Part shown: positions 40,709-52,194 of the stretch, piece by piece
Numbering within the stretch: the stretch's first letter is position 1
How the letters are laid out: every line of letters starts with the position of its first letter
Assembly: GCF_001194135.2 (NCBI RefSeq)
Contig: NC_068988.1
Span: forward strand, 37,990,264-38,054,263
Origin: Octopus bimaculoides
Lineage: Eukaryota
Length of the DNA stretch: 64,000 nucleotides
Direction: 5' to 3'
Notes under the pieces: model-generated
The model's input: the letters and a program-made list of their open reading frames with translations, nothing else
The model's database searches: none
What the model was told of the DNA's origin: nothing
Position numbers and translations under genes: made by a program

Positions 40709-41211
40709 CAGCGGTTCTCAACCAGGGTCGATATGTTGAGGGTCCATATGAAATTTTCTTGTAAAAATTTTTGTGCAATAACTTGGTTATACTTCTACAA
40801 TACATAAAATGTTTTAACAATTTTTTATACAATTCATAATAACCCTCATCGTCGAGATCCCTTAACTGATGCATCCAATCAATGGGGTGCCACTCTAGCT
40901 GCTTTCATAGTCAGTCATTGCCACTGGTCCCTTTTCTGTCATGCTGAGTGAGTTTGCAATATTGTGACCTGTCTAGTCCTTGCTGTTTTCAAACCAGGGT
41001 TTTCTCTGCCTGCTTTTCTTTGGCCCTCTCTCAACTATGCCCTGAAGAATGGTTTTGGGGCATGGAGTTGTGGTAGAATACGACAAAACCAGGCAAGCTT
41101 CCTAATAATATTCAATTATAAGAATATAATAGGATTTTTTGAACATTGACTGGCTATGAGTAAGACAGGAATTGAAGGGGTCCATCGGCAAAAAGTGGCT
41201 GAGAAACACTG
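40709..41211. mobile_element. hAT-type MITE carrying an RTE fragment
   Basis: Ends CAGCGGTTCTCAACC and GGCTGAGAAACACTG; TSD atccagat/gtctagat. Confidence 0.7.
40848..41101 (-). mobile_element. RTE/BovB-like LINE 3' fragment nested in a hAT MITE
   Basis: Minus strand reads KLAWF (frameshift) PKTILQGIVERGPKKSRQRKPWFENSKD*TG, resembling RTE KLxWFGH...KTILQGxVEGxRRRGRQRKxW. Confidence 0.65.
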
Positions 41212-41735
41212 GTCTAGATAATGATAAGAATGATGGTGATAATCATCATTCTCATTGATGATGGTGATAAGGTGGTGGTTATGATGGTAGATAATGAAAT
41301 GGTTTGAGATTGGTGTGTTTGCATTGGTGATATATATGGTGAAAATGGTGGTGTGGATGGCAATGATGATGATGATTATGATAATAGTAATAACTGAGGT
41401 GATGGCTGTGTTGATGGTTAAGAGCTAGTGTGGAAGATAATAATGGTGATGATGGTGTTGATGAGATGACTGTGAAGATGAAAAACCTGGTGGTGATGGT
41501 GTAATTATTGTCTTGTAGATGTTTTATGGTATGAAGTTAATAGTGTAAAGTGATGGTGGAGGTGGAGGGCCTTGAAAAGGCCCATTGTCTCTGATAACCT
41601 TATAGGACATACGTACATGCAAACATGTACATGTATGCACATATATATATGCAAGCTGACAAATATACATACACATATATACATACATTAAGCATGTGTG
41701 TGTGTTCATCCAAGTGAACAGCACATAGATACAAA

Positions 41736-41787
<52 letters not shown>

Positions 41788-42214
41788 TGTGCACTTGCGC
41801 ACACTCTGACATGCACTTTGGCATTCATGTAACTGATGGGAGGGTAGATACACACATAATTTACATTCACGCAAGTATACACACCAACAAGCAAACAGAT
41901 ATACTGTACACACATACACATATTTATACACACATACACATATTTATACACACATACACATATTTATACACACATATACAACCTATCTTCATACATCTAT
42001 ACATACATTTACAACTTATGTATAAACTAACACATAAATGTGCATATACATACATGCATACAAGCAACGATGTGTGTATGGGAATGATTTGCCCAATTAA
42101 TCTGTCCATCATTCTAATGAGACTTAGTTATCTATTTATCTGTTGAACTAGATATCTATTGATTTATTTGTATGTGTGTGCTCATGTGTATATCTATCTA
42201 TCTATCTCTCTCTA

Positions 42215-42265
<51 letters not shown>

Positions 42266-42775
42266 TTGTATGCACACATACATATATTTGTTGGTGTGTG
42301 TGTATATATGTGTGTAGTGTGTGTGTATGTATGTATTATATAGGATGGGATGCAGTTAGTGACATGAATGCCTTCTATATTAGAACAGTGTATTTTAAAA
42401 GGGAGAAAGAGTGGGGAAAGAAAATAAAGATCTGATCGTGCATATGTGATGATGATACACTGTTAGATACATACACACTGACTGGCATACCATGTGAATA
42501 TCTGTGATCCCAATAGAGATAGAAGTGTCTCCATAATTTGAGTTCACAATGGATTTTCAATATCCTTGGTTGGAAATCCGTTTCAAAATAGACATGAAGC
42601 TGAGAGATGGATCTGACAATAGAGTTACACAAATATATACACATATGTACAAAAGCTCTACACACCAACACTGCAAGTACTTTTGTACTGAGCACTTAAT
42701 TTTTGTGTGTAAAACCATAAACAAAGAAATTTATTGGAGGGATAGAGAAAGTGTGTGTGTGTGTGTATACATATA

Positions 42776-43044
42776 TAATGTTTGTCGCCACTTCAACATG
42801 GCTGTTCTGTTTGAACAAACGTTACTGTGATCTTTTAACCCTAAGTGGAAGGGCAGAAATAGCCTGAAACCAGGCTTGTCTGCTGCTGTTGCTAAAAGTA
42901 GGTAGGAGTTTGCTCCCCTGCTCACGATATATCAGATGCAGGTTGCATTGTTAACCAGCTGGAGGAAATGTCCTCTTGGGGTTAAAAAATCACAGTAACA
43001 TTTGTTTGAACAGAACAGCCATGTTGAAGTGGTGACAAACATTA
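42776..43044. mobile_element. MITE with ~70-bp TIRs
   Basis: taatgtttgtcgccacttcaacatggctgttctgtt... versus ...aacagaacagccatgttgaagtggtgacaaacatta. Confidence 0.85.
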
Positions 43045-43104
43045 CTTGCCAGTACAGTTACTCTGTTCATCTCTTACAGAAATTTTATAACTAGCTTCTT
43101 TGCT

Positions 43105-43144
<40 letters not shown>

Positions 43145-43174
43145 AGGTTGAAAAGGAACACACAATTTGATGTG

Positions 43175-43608
43175 TATAAGGAAAATAAGATAAGTTAGAA
43201 AATGCTAAAATAATTTTATCATAAAGACATTTTGGTACCGGTTTCAGTCTTTGCGACTTTTTCAACTTGGAGTAAAGTATGAAAAATAATTAAACTGTGA
43301 AAAAATTAAATGAAATGTTTTTTTAAAAAATATTTCCATAGTTTTCACATCAGCTATTAGGACTGTTACTACCTGCTACTATGCCCTCACAGGTGTAAAA
43401 ATGAGAGAGACACACATAAAAAAGGAAAACATCCCTTGCATTTGAAAACTATGGAAATATTATAAAAAACATTTCATTTAATTTTTCCACAATTTAATTG
43501 TTTTTCATGCTTTACTCCAAGTTAAAAAATTGCAAAGACTGAAGCCGGTACTAAAATGTTCTTCATGATAAAATTATTTTAGCATTTTCTGGCTAGTCTT
43601 ATTTTCCT

Positions 43609-43612
<4 letters not shown>
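43175..43612. mobile_element. Fold-back MITE with ~170-bp inverted arms, TA-flanked
   Basis: tataaggaaaataag...ccatagttttca (43175-43347) versus tgaaaactatgg...cttattttccttata (43443-43612). Confidence 0.85.
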
Positions 43613-43640
<28 letters not shown>

Positions 43641-44724
43641 AAAGAAAAAGGGATGACAAAGATAAATGATAGTTATGTTATGAACTTCGTTATCTTACAG
43701 TTGTTTCTGCTTTAAGATGCAGTGGACTCATAGTTGAGTGTCTAAATAACATCCTATAGCTTCATCAGAACCTTGGATATGAGGTGCAGTTTGTTTGGGG
43801 AAAAGAACTACATTTGTGCGATATACAGAGAAGGCATTACTTTATATATACCATTTTCATTTCAGTTTTATTTACTGTATCTCTTTGTTGAAATTGTACA
43901 AGTTTTGGCCACAGTATTCCAACTTCTTTCTTTCTAGTTTTTAAAATGGCTAAATTTTGCTCATCTATTTAGACCTACTTTGAGTAGCAACAGCAGAAAC
44001 TAATAATGTTAGCAAAAAGCAGTGCTAATGGAAAAGAACTGATATGAGGATGTGCAAAAATCCAACATAAGCATGTGTTCAATCCTTCCAGACAAGATTT
44101 AATGATAGTGTATGTGTTAGTGTTAGTTAAGGTTGTTGATGAATAACAGTAAGTCAGATCTGATACAATGGTACACATGTTGTGGGGTGTAACCTATATA
44201 TCCAGCATAATAAATATCATCATTTAGCATCTTTTTCCATACTGGCATGGGTTGGATGGTTTGATCAGTGCTGGGAAGCTGGAGGGTTACACTAAGCTCC
44301 AATTGTCATTTTGGTATGGTTTCTACAGATCAATGTCCTTCCTAATAGCAACCACTTTACAAGTGTACTGGGTGCTTTCTATGTGGCACCAGCATGGGTG
44401 CTTTTCACCATCATCATCATTTAATGTTTGTTTTCGATGCTGGCATGGGTTGGACAGTTTGACTGTAAATTTGTAAGCCAGGTTCTGATCTGATTTAGCA
44501 AGGTTTCCACAGCAGGATGCTCTTTCTAATGCCAACCACTCCATGAGTGTAGTGGGTGTTTTTTTATGTTCCACCTGCATGGGTGCTATTGATCTGACAC
44601 TGACATTGGCCATGACTACAGTCTCATTTGGCTTGACAGGTCTACACAAGCATGGTATATCGCCAAGGGTCTTAGTCACCTGTCACTGCCTCCATGAGAT
44701 TCAACGCTTGAACGGTGTTTTTAT

Positions 44725-45150
44725 GTGCCACTGGCATGGGTGCCACTGGCATGGATGCCACTGGCATGGATGCCACTGGCATGGATGCCACTGGCATGGA
44801 TGCCACTGGCATGGATGCCACTGGCATGGGTGCCACTGGCATGGATGCCACTGGCATGGATGCCACTGGCATGGATGCCACTGGCATGGATGCCACTGGC
44901 ATGGATGCCACTNNNNNNNNNNNNNNNNNNNNNNNNNNNNNNNNNNNNNNNNNNNNNNNNNNNNNNNNNNNNNNNNNNNNNNNNNNNNNNNNNNNNNNNN
45001 NNNNNNNNNNNNNNNNNNNNNNNNNGTGCCACTGGCATGGGTGCCACTGGCATGGGTGCCACTGGCATGGGTGCCACTGGCATGGGTGCCACTGGCATGG
45101 GTGCCACTGGCATGGGTGCCACTGGCATGGGTGCCACTGGCATGGGTGCC
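44725..45150. repeat. 15-bp minisatellite (TGCCACTGGCATGG[A/G])n spanning a gap
   Basis: About 12.5 units before and about 8 units after the N gap at 44913-45025. Confidence 0.95.
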
Positions 45151-48100
45151 AGCCAGACGGCACTGGCATCAGCAACCACGTGGCACAGATACAAGTGATT
45201 TTTACGTGGTACCAGCGTGGGTGCTTTTTATGTGGTACAACCATGGTTTAATTTAGCTTGACGAATATGTCTAATACTAATTACTTTACATATTTTCTCA
45301 TACAGCTTTTAGATAAGTGTTTACTGTTGTGGTTAGGCTAGGCATGTTAGATTCTGTTTGCTCTTTGTAAGTATTGATGGGAATTGGTAGAGACTGATGA
45401 TTTCATCAGGAGTTGGGCAGGTTTTTTTTTTTATTATGCATTAGTGGTCTATCCATTGTCACTTAAACTTTACTTTTGGGTATGCTATCTTGAGGTTTAA
45501 GATTGGAATATTTGATTCAGTTTTAAAAAAGAAAATGGCAGGAGTTAATGCTGTTGTGTAGCACTTAGAATAGCCCTGATTGAGCAGACTGAACAACAAG
45601 GGGGGATCTGTGAGTCTCCAGCTATACCATATCTCCATCTAGTTGAGGACCACACTTTCTATTCTGACATGCACTGGTTAATTGTATGGAGTCCAGTTTG
45701 GCAGTATGGGCATGTTGAATGCTCTTCTCTCCAGAAGCATTGAAATAGATATAATATGGTTTGCAGAATTTCATAGCGCTTATAAATGCGTAAATATTTA
45801 TGCAAAAGGTAGAGACAAAAACATTTTGGCAGAGTTGCTGAAGGTATTGAAAGTGTCAACTTAAATTTTAGATGCATGTAATATTAATTTGTATGAGAAT
45901 AGGACCTTGAATCCAGTGTAATGTTTCCAATATCATTTTTCTTGAAGCATTTTATGTTTATGTTAATGTGATTTTAGTTTAGCGGTAAAGTTTTCATGCC
46001 AGGCTTAATTTCAGACAGTTTTGTGATGAAGACCTCATTGTGTACAAATTAAGGATGTATGACAATAACTGCTCTGGTTAAGCAATACAAAGGAGGAAAT
46101 GTTGTGGGGATTGAGAGGCAAGCTTGATAAGATCTGCAGTTGTAATGTTGGAAATTAGATGGTTATTAAGAAAATATTAGAATAAATGCCATTGTTTTGT
46201 TTGTTTCTTATTGATCTTCTTTTCTCCTGTCATTTATTTTATGTGTTTGTTTTTTTGTTTTGATATTTTTTTTCCAATTGGTATTATTTTATTTTGTGCC
46301 CTTCAGGTTGTTCATTGGTTAAAAAAAACCTCATTATTATTGTTTTATTGTCAAGTTAATTGAATAAATTATTAGAATTCCAGACATACTTGGCCAGTCT
46401 GGTGGGTTGTTATTTTAGTAAGCTTCTGTTAGTTTATTTCAATTAACCTGTGATTTTACCATTGAGTGAATATCAGTCGTGGCTTATGGCTTTTTGTCCA
46501 GCATAGGAGGCTGTATCAGGTGCTTGCGCTCTACTGGCATAGCTCTGAGGGTCGTTGAATCATACATGTCACCCCACTACAACAAGGACTGCACTTTGTA
46601 GTGGCCATGGTTATGTTAGAAATCATAATTTCCTTATGATACTCACAGCTGTTTTACTTGTTATTGTTCTTTTTAATCCTAATAGATTACTGCTATTCTG
46701 ACACCCCTATTCCAGCCATGTCTATTGTTCCTTTCCTTTGAGGTTACTTCTGTTTTTTTATTACTATAATTACTTTACATATTCCTGTTTTTTCCCCCAA
46801 AATCTTAACTCTACTAAGCACAACTGCTTCTTTCCTTCTTTAACTATGACTATATTGTTACTACTCTTCAGCGCTATATATTCCTTATACACCATATCTT
46901 ATTCTATCATCAGTATTTCTGTTACTATTCTTGCTATTCCTGATTCTACTCTCTTAATTATAGTATTGCTGTTATTTCATACTTCTACTGTATTCTCTCT
47001 TCTGTTTTCTTCATCTATGTAGCAGCTACTCCTCAATATTCCACTTTTTTAGCCCTTTCTTAGCTGGCGCTTGTTACTCTCTGAATATTTGCAATAATTC
47101 TGCTTTCTCTTGCTTTTGCTCTTTGGGTACTATGGTGCTATTCCTTGGTAACTCTTCTACTGCTACTTCATAAGGGTGTCTTCTTTTAGCCTTCCAGCTG
47201 TTTGGCTTATGCTACATCTCTGCACTTATGTGACTTCTGCTCTCAGTACTTCTCTTTGTTACTCCTTTCTCATTTTGCTACTCTTTTTCTTCTTTTATCT
47301 ACTCCCACTTCCTTCTAGCTACCTTCTTTTGTCTTTTAAGTACTCCATCTTACCTTCAGTTACCTTTCTTCTCTCAATATATATTCATTTTGTTTTTTGC
47401 TAGTCATCATTCCATATATCTTATGTTGGCTTTTGCTTCTCCTATTCATCTTCATTTAGTTTTGCTTCACCTAACTATTTCTACTTCTATTTCTCATAAT
47501 ACTTAATCATTTAGGTTTACAGATTCTTTCCTTCTTTTTCTTATACATCACTTACACTACTACTCCTTCCACAATTGTTTTAACCTCCTTTAATATTTAA
47601 CCCTTTAACATTTAAACCGGTCATATCTGGCCAAAATATTCTACCTGTTTTATGTTCAAACTGGCCATATCTGGCCTCTCATACCAACTTGATAATATCA
47701 TTCTAAAATTAATAGTTACCCCTTCAAAATCTCAAAGCTGCAAGATAATCCATGATTAATACAAAACAATGAGGATACATAAGCATTGCACTTGACAGAA
47801 TAATGTGAATGCTAAAGGATTAAACTTGACCCTTTAGTATGTAAACTGGTCGTGCCTGGTCTAAATATTCTACCTGTTTTTACGTCCTAGCTTGCTAGAT
47901 CTGGGCTCTCATATCTTTCCTACAATGACATTCTGAAAATTAACAATCACACCTACAAAATCTCAAAACCTGCGAGATAATGCAAGATTAATTTAAAACA
48001 ATGTGAGTTAATAAGTATTACCTTTGACAATAATCTGAATGCTAAAGGGTTATACTTTTGTTGCTCTTACTACTCATTGCCATCTGTACCAAGTGATTGT

Positions 48101-49383
48101 TATTGTTGTTGTGGTTATTCCTGTATGAAGTTCAGTGTTACAATTCAAACTAAAGTGGTTAAATTACTTCTGCTTCAGATAGATTCAAGATTTGAAATTT
48201 CTAGACAGAACTTGGCCTTGGGCAAGTTTTGATAGAGCAATTTGCTTTCTATTTAGAATATGGCTCCCTGTGAAAAACACTCTGCTATGCTTCTCTGTTT
48301 AATCCTTTGGCTATCTGAAGCATTTTCATAAGTTTGTCCTAAATGTCCATGTTTGCTTCCAGACTTATCATTAGTCCTTGTTTCATACTTTATGAGTAAT
48401 ATAAAGCTTTGCTTTCATAGGTGCCAAGTAACATTGGTAGCTGAGAAAAAATTTGATGTTTATTGTATATGATGTATGGACACCAAGGAAATATGTCTTG
48501 TGTGTCACATTTGATATACAGGACAGGCAAAGAGTTAAACCTATAATTCTTTTTAATCTTTTTTACTATTTTTGATCCCCATTGTTACTTTGTCAAACTT
48601 TTAAGTCAATTGCTTCTTTACTTCACCTGTTAACCAGTAATTACTGTCACAGGTAGTTAGTTTTCATAATGATCCCTGCTTCCTTTATTGATTAGTTTCT
48701 TTTGGAGTTCTTACTACTGCTCACTAACTAAAGTTTCTTTTTTCCTCAATGCTTTTCCTTACTAAAATATTCCCTACATTATTGTACAGTACTCTAATGT
48801 ATTTTGTTCTTCCTGTCCCCTGTCAAGAGTTCCTCTATTTCTTTTTCCTTCTGCTACTAGATTTTGTTATTATTGTCATGACTGTTATATTTCATTGTTG
48901 TTGCTGTTGTTTTGTTACAGTCGTTATCTTTCATTGTAGTTTGTCACCATTTTTATTGTCATGATTTCTGTTACCATCACCATCTTGCTGTTTCTTCACC
49001 CTTGCCATCTCAGTGCTAATGTCCTCCTCTCTCTTCACCTTCCTGATCACATTGTTATTGTCATCTTTTGTCTTCAGCGCTGGTGTCATCTCTTGTTGCT
49101 GTCCTCTATCCCCTGTTGCTGTCTCTCACCAGTGTCATTTTCTACCATCTTTCTTTACCAATACTGCTGTTTTATCTTAGTGCCATCATCTTTCCTCATT
49201 TGGTGTCATTATTTATCTTCATCAAGTATCACCATCTTTCTTCTTCCATTATCCCCATCTTTTCATGTCCAGTTTCTCCATTGTTTCTCATCTGATTTTA
49301 CCATTTCCCTTCAACTGGTTCTTGTCTTTTGTCTGTTACCACATTTCAGCCTACATTAAAATATTGCATTCACACACACACTT

Positions 49384-49451
<68 letters not shown>

Positions 49452-50304
49452 TCTGCTAATTATTCTGCTGGAATGATTGAAGCAGCACTTGATTTGATGT
49501 CATTTAACCAGAGTTCTACAGGCTGCTTCTCTTTATATTATCCCCAACATAACCTGAGCCTGTAATTCAGTGTCTGCCTAATGTCATACGAGAAAATTCT
49601 TGTATGGTTGTTAAGCTTTAATCCTTTAGCATTTAAACCAGCCATATTTGGTCGAAATATTCTACCTGTTTTATCTTCTGACTGGTCATATCTGGCCTTT
49701 CACACCTACTCTATAGTGTCACTTTAAAACTAAACAATTGCATCACCAAAATCTCAAAGCTATGAAATAACGAATGATTAATTTAAAATCATGTGAATGC
49801 ATCAGCATTACATTTGACAGAGTAACCTGAATGCTAAAGGGTTAATACATTATTGGGCTGTGTTTATCTTTCATCATTGCTGTCCTTTTCAATCTTATTA
49901 CTCTCTTTGCCATTGTTTACCATTGGTTTCATCTTTCATTATCAGCCTTACTATCTTTCAAGATTATTATACTACTCTATTTTGTTTATGTTGCTATCTA
50001 TCACATCCTCTTTGGGCATCCTTGTCTTTACATATTTTGGTGTTGGCATTGCCCATATGATTTTGGCATTGCCTACATGTTTTGGTGTTGGTACTTCATA
50101 CATCTCTTGGAATCACTGTCAGTGTCTTTTGTCATTGTCATCGAGAGCTTTCAACATTATCATTTGCTATCTCTTTTGTTGTTGTCATTCTTGTCGCCAT
50201 CATTATTGTTACTTCATTAGTTCTTCAGTTTCTTTTCCGTAAATGTACTGAAACAAATCTTACATTGTATCAATTGGTTTCTGATCAATAACTTCTGTTG
50301 ATAA

Positions 50305-50382
50305 TTGTTTTTCTTTTGCTTTTTTTTTTTCTTCTTTTATCCCTTCTCTTTCTCCCTCAATTATCTGCTGCTGAAGGGTAAG
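50305..50382 (+). promoter_or_regulatory. Splice acceptor region of the G-gamma-like coding exon
   Basis: Pyrimidine tract ttttcttttgctttttttttttcttcttttatcccttctctttctccctc followed by candidate AG dinucleotides at 50375-50376 and 50381-50382, 15 and 9 nt before the ATG. Confidence 0.6.
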
Positions 50383-50391
50383 GGAGCCCAC

Positions 50392-50607
50392 ATGTCTTAC
50401 CAGGCTGAGATGCAGAAACAGCTGAAGGAGGAGTTGAAAGAGCTGCACAGAGAGAAAAGCATGGTTCGAGAAAACTTAAGTAGAACAACGGAGGAATTGC
50501 TTCGCTATTGCAGGGAAAACGAAAACTCGGATCACATGCTCTTCCCTCAAAAAGATAACCCTTTTGTTAAGACGGATAGCAACATATGTATTCTGTGTCT
50601 TAAATAA
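50392..50607 (+). CDS. G-protein gamma subunit-like protein (GGL domain), 71 aa, single coding exon
   Basis: Translation MSYQAEMQKQLKEELKELHREKSMVRENLSRTTEELLRYCRENENSDHMLFPQKDNPFVKTDSNICILCLK*. It matches the G-gamma pattern by eye: coiled-coil L..E....R..LS....EL..YC..N...D.(L/M)L....NPF....C. Size is typical, and a long polypyrimidine tract with AG lies just upstream. The orthologue cannot be assigned without a search. Confidence 0.88.
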   Translation: MSYQAEMQKQLKEELKELHREKSMVRENLSRTTEELLRYCRENENSDHMLFPQKDNPFVKTDSNICILCLK

Positions 50608-50691
50608 AATGAAGTTTAAATGAAGTTAAATGAGATGAAAGAAAAATAAATGCAGAAATAAAGAATAACAGAAAGAACAAGTTATAATAAA
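50603..50691 (+). promoter_or_regulatory. Cluster of AATAAA hexamers (candidate polyadenylation signals)
   Basis: AATAAA at 50603 (overlapping the stop), 50644, 50656 and 50686. The region is A-rich, so some may be chance. Confidence 0.35.
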
Positions 50692-51346
50692 GAGAGTAAA
50701 CAAAATGAGTAGATAAAAAAAGATGAAATNNNNNNNNNNNNNNNNNNNNNNNNNNNNNNNNNNNNNNNNNNNNNNNNNNNNNNNNNNNNNNNNNNNNNNN
50801 NNNNNNTATATATATATATATATGTATATAAGTAATAAATAATGCATTACACGAAGAAAACAATTTTTTTTTATTGAATTACATCATAATCATCACCATA
50901 ATCATTATTTTGTCTGCATTTCAAATGTTTGCATTGGTTGAACACAGTTTCTTCTAAAATGCAAGGTATCTAACATGGTGTCAACTCTTGTTTTCAATGT
51001 CTAAGGAATTTGTACAGCTGAGCTGCAAAACATATTGCATGTATATATATGACATAAATAAACACCACTGCTGCTCAAATGGCATCTAAGCAAAGATATG
51101 CCTAGGTGCATATCTGTATGTAAGCATATCTACATATATGTATGTGTGTGTGCATGTGAATGTTTGTACATATAATGTACATGTGTTTAGATGTTGGTAC
51201 ATCAATATAGCTCACAACACCTTTGAGCAAATAGCTTTGGAGCGAACAAAATTGAGATCATCATATCAAAGTGGTTGCAACAGCATTAACAGGTTTGGGG
51301 GTGCAAAACAAAGAAAAGCGACTGCAAATATGCTGCCTTCACTGAC

Positions 51347-51436
51347 CTGTAATCCCCAGTCTTGCAGCAACATCAACGGGCCTCTTTGCAAATTGTTGGC
51401 AAAACTCAAATGTCACATCCAACATAAGCAATATGA
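51347..51436 (-). CDS. Possible antisense-strand coding exon, 90 nt, symmetric phase 1
   Basis: Minus-strand acceptor cctactctttgtttgtcag| and donor CAG|GTCAGT. One frame is open: ILLMLDVTFEFCQQFAKRPVDVAARLGIT, with a weakly ankyrin-like RPVDVAARLG. No partner exons were identified. Confidence 0.25.
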
Positions 51437-52194
51437 CTGACAAACAAAGAGTAGGTTGTTGGATCCTTGTATATCGAAACCGATTGGAGAGTCCATCAGA
51501 TATATGTGTGGTGTGTATGTGTGTGTGGTGTGTCTGTGTGTGTGGTGTGTCTGTGTATGTGGTGTATCTGTGTTTATGGTGTGTGCATGCATGTGTGTGT
51601 GTAGTTAGTGAGCAGAAACCTGTTAACAGCTGTCTTGTTTCTTGGATAAAAAACGAAAAAAAAAAAAAGAAAAAAAAAAGAAGCAAACCCAGATAGTCTT
51701 TTTCTTAATGACATCTTAATTTCATAGAATTGTTGATTCTTGAGATTATCTTTCCTTCTCATTCAGAGTCTATTGTAATTGTTTCTATGGTTACATCCTT
51801 TTGAAGCAAAGATACTTTCAATAAATCAACAATTTATCTTGTCTGATATTTAGGATATCTTACGTCATATTTGTTGTGCAAAATCCATGGCACTTATGGT
51901 CACTCTCATTTATTTCACTTAGTTTATATTTGTCACACATACACATATGAGAGGTGTCTGTATAAGTGATCTATATGTATCTGTATAGCTATTTTTATTT
52001 TCTCAAATTCAAGTAATTTCAAATTCCTCTGGTACCCACATTGGTGGTAAAATTAATCCATTAGTTAGTTTAAAAATCTCCACTTGGTATGCTGGCTGCC
52101 TTTAGCTGAGTTCACCCCATTGCCAGAATTTGTGTGTGTGTTTGTGTGTGTGTGTGTGTATGTATCTGTTATTCTTATACCAAAATGGTGTTGA

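Noticed and set aside
41787-42435. His/Thr/Tyr/Ile- or Cys/Val-rich ORFs here and throughout the window
   Set aside because: They are translations of (CA)n, (TA)n and (TG)n microsatellites.
44725-45150. CRISPR-like appearance of the regular repeats
   Set aside because: Contiguous tandem units with no unique spacers, in a eukaryotic context with no cas genes.
44543-45256. Long ORFs encoding (CHWHG)n, (ATGMD)n, (PLAWM)n and similar, suggestive of metal-binding repeat proteins
   Set aside because: They come from a stop-free 15-bp minisatellite that is open in multiple frames on both strands, embedded in retroelement sequence and spanning a gap.
45659-45877. CPYC..H..C motif on the minus strand
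   Set aside because: At best a decayed LINE C-terminal zinc knuckle. There is no splice context or further homology.
50305-50391. N-terminal extension MFFFCFFFF... of the 100-aa ORF
   Set aside because: It is the translated polypyrimidine tract of the splice acceptor and starts at TTG.
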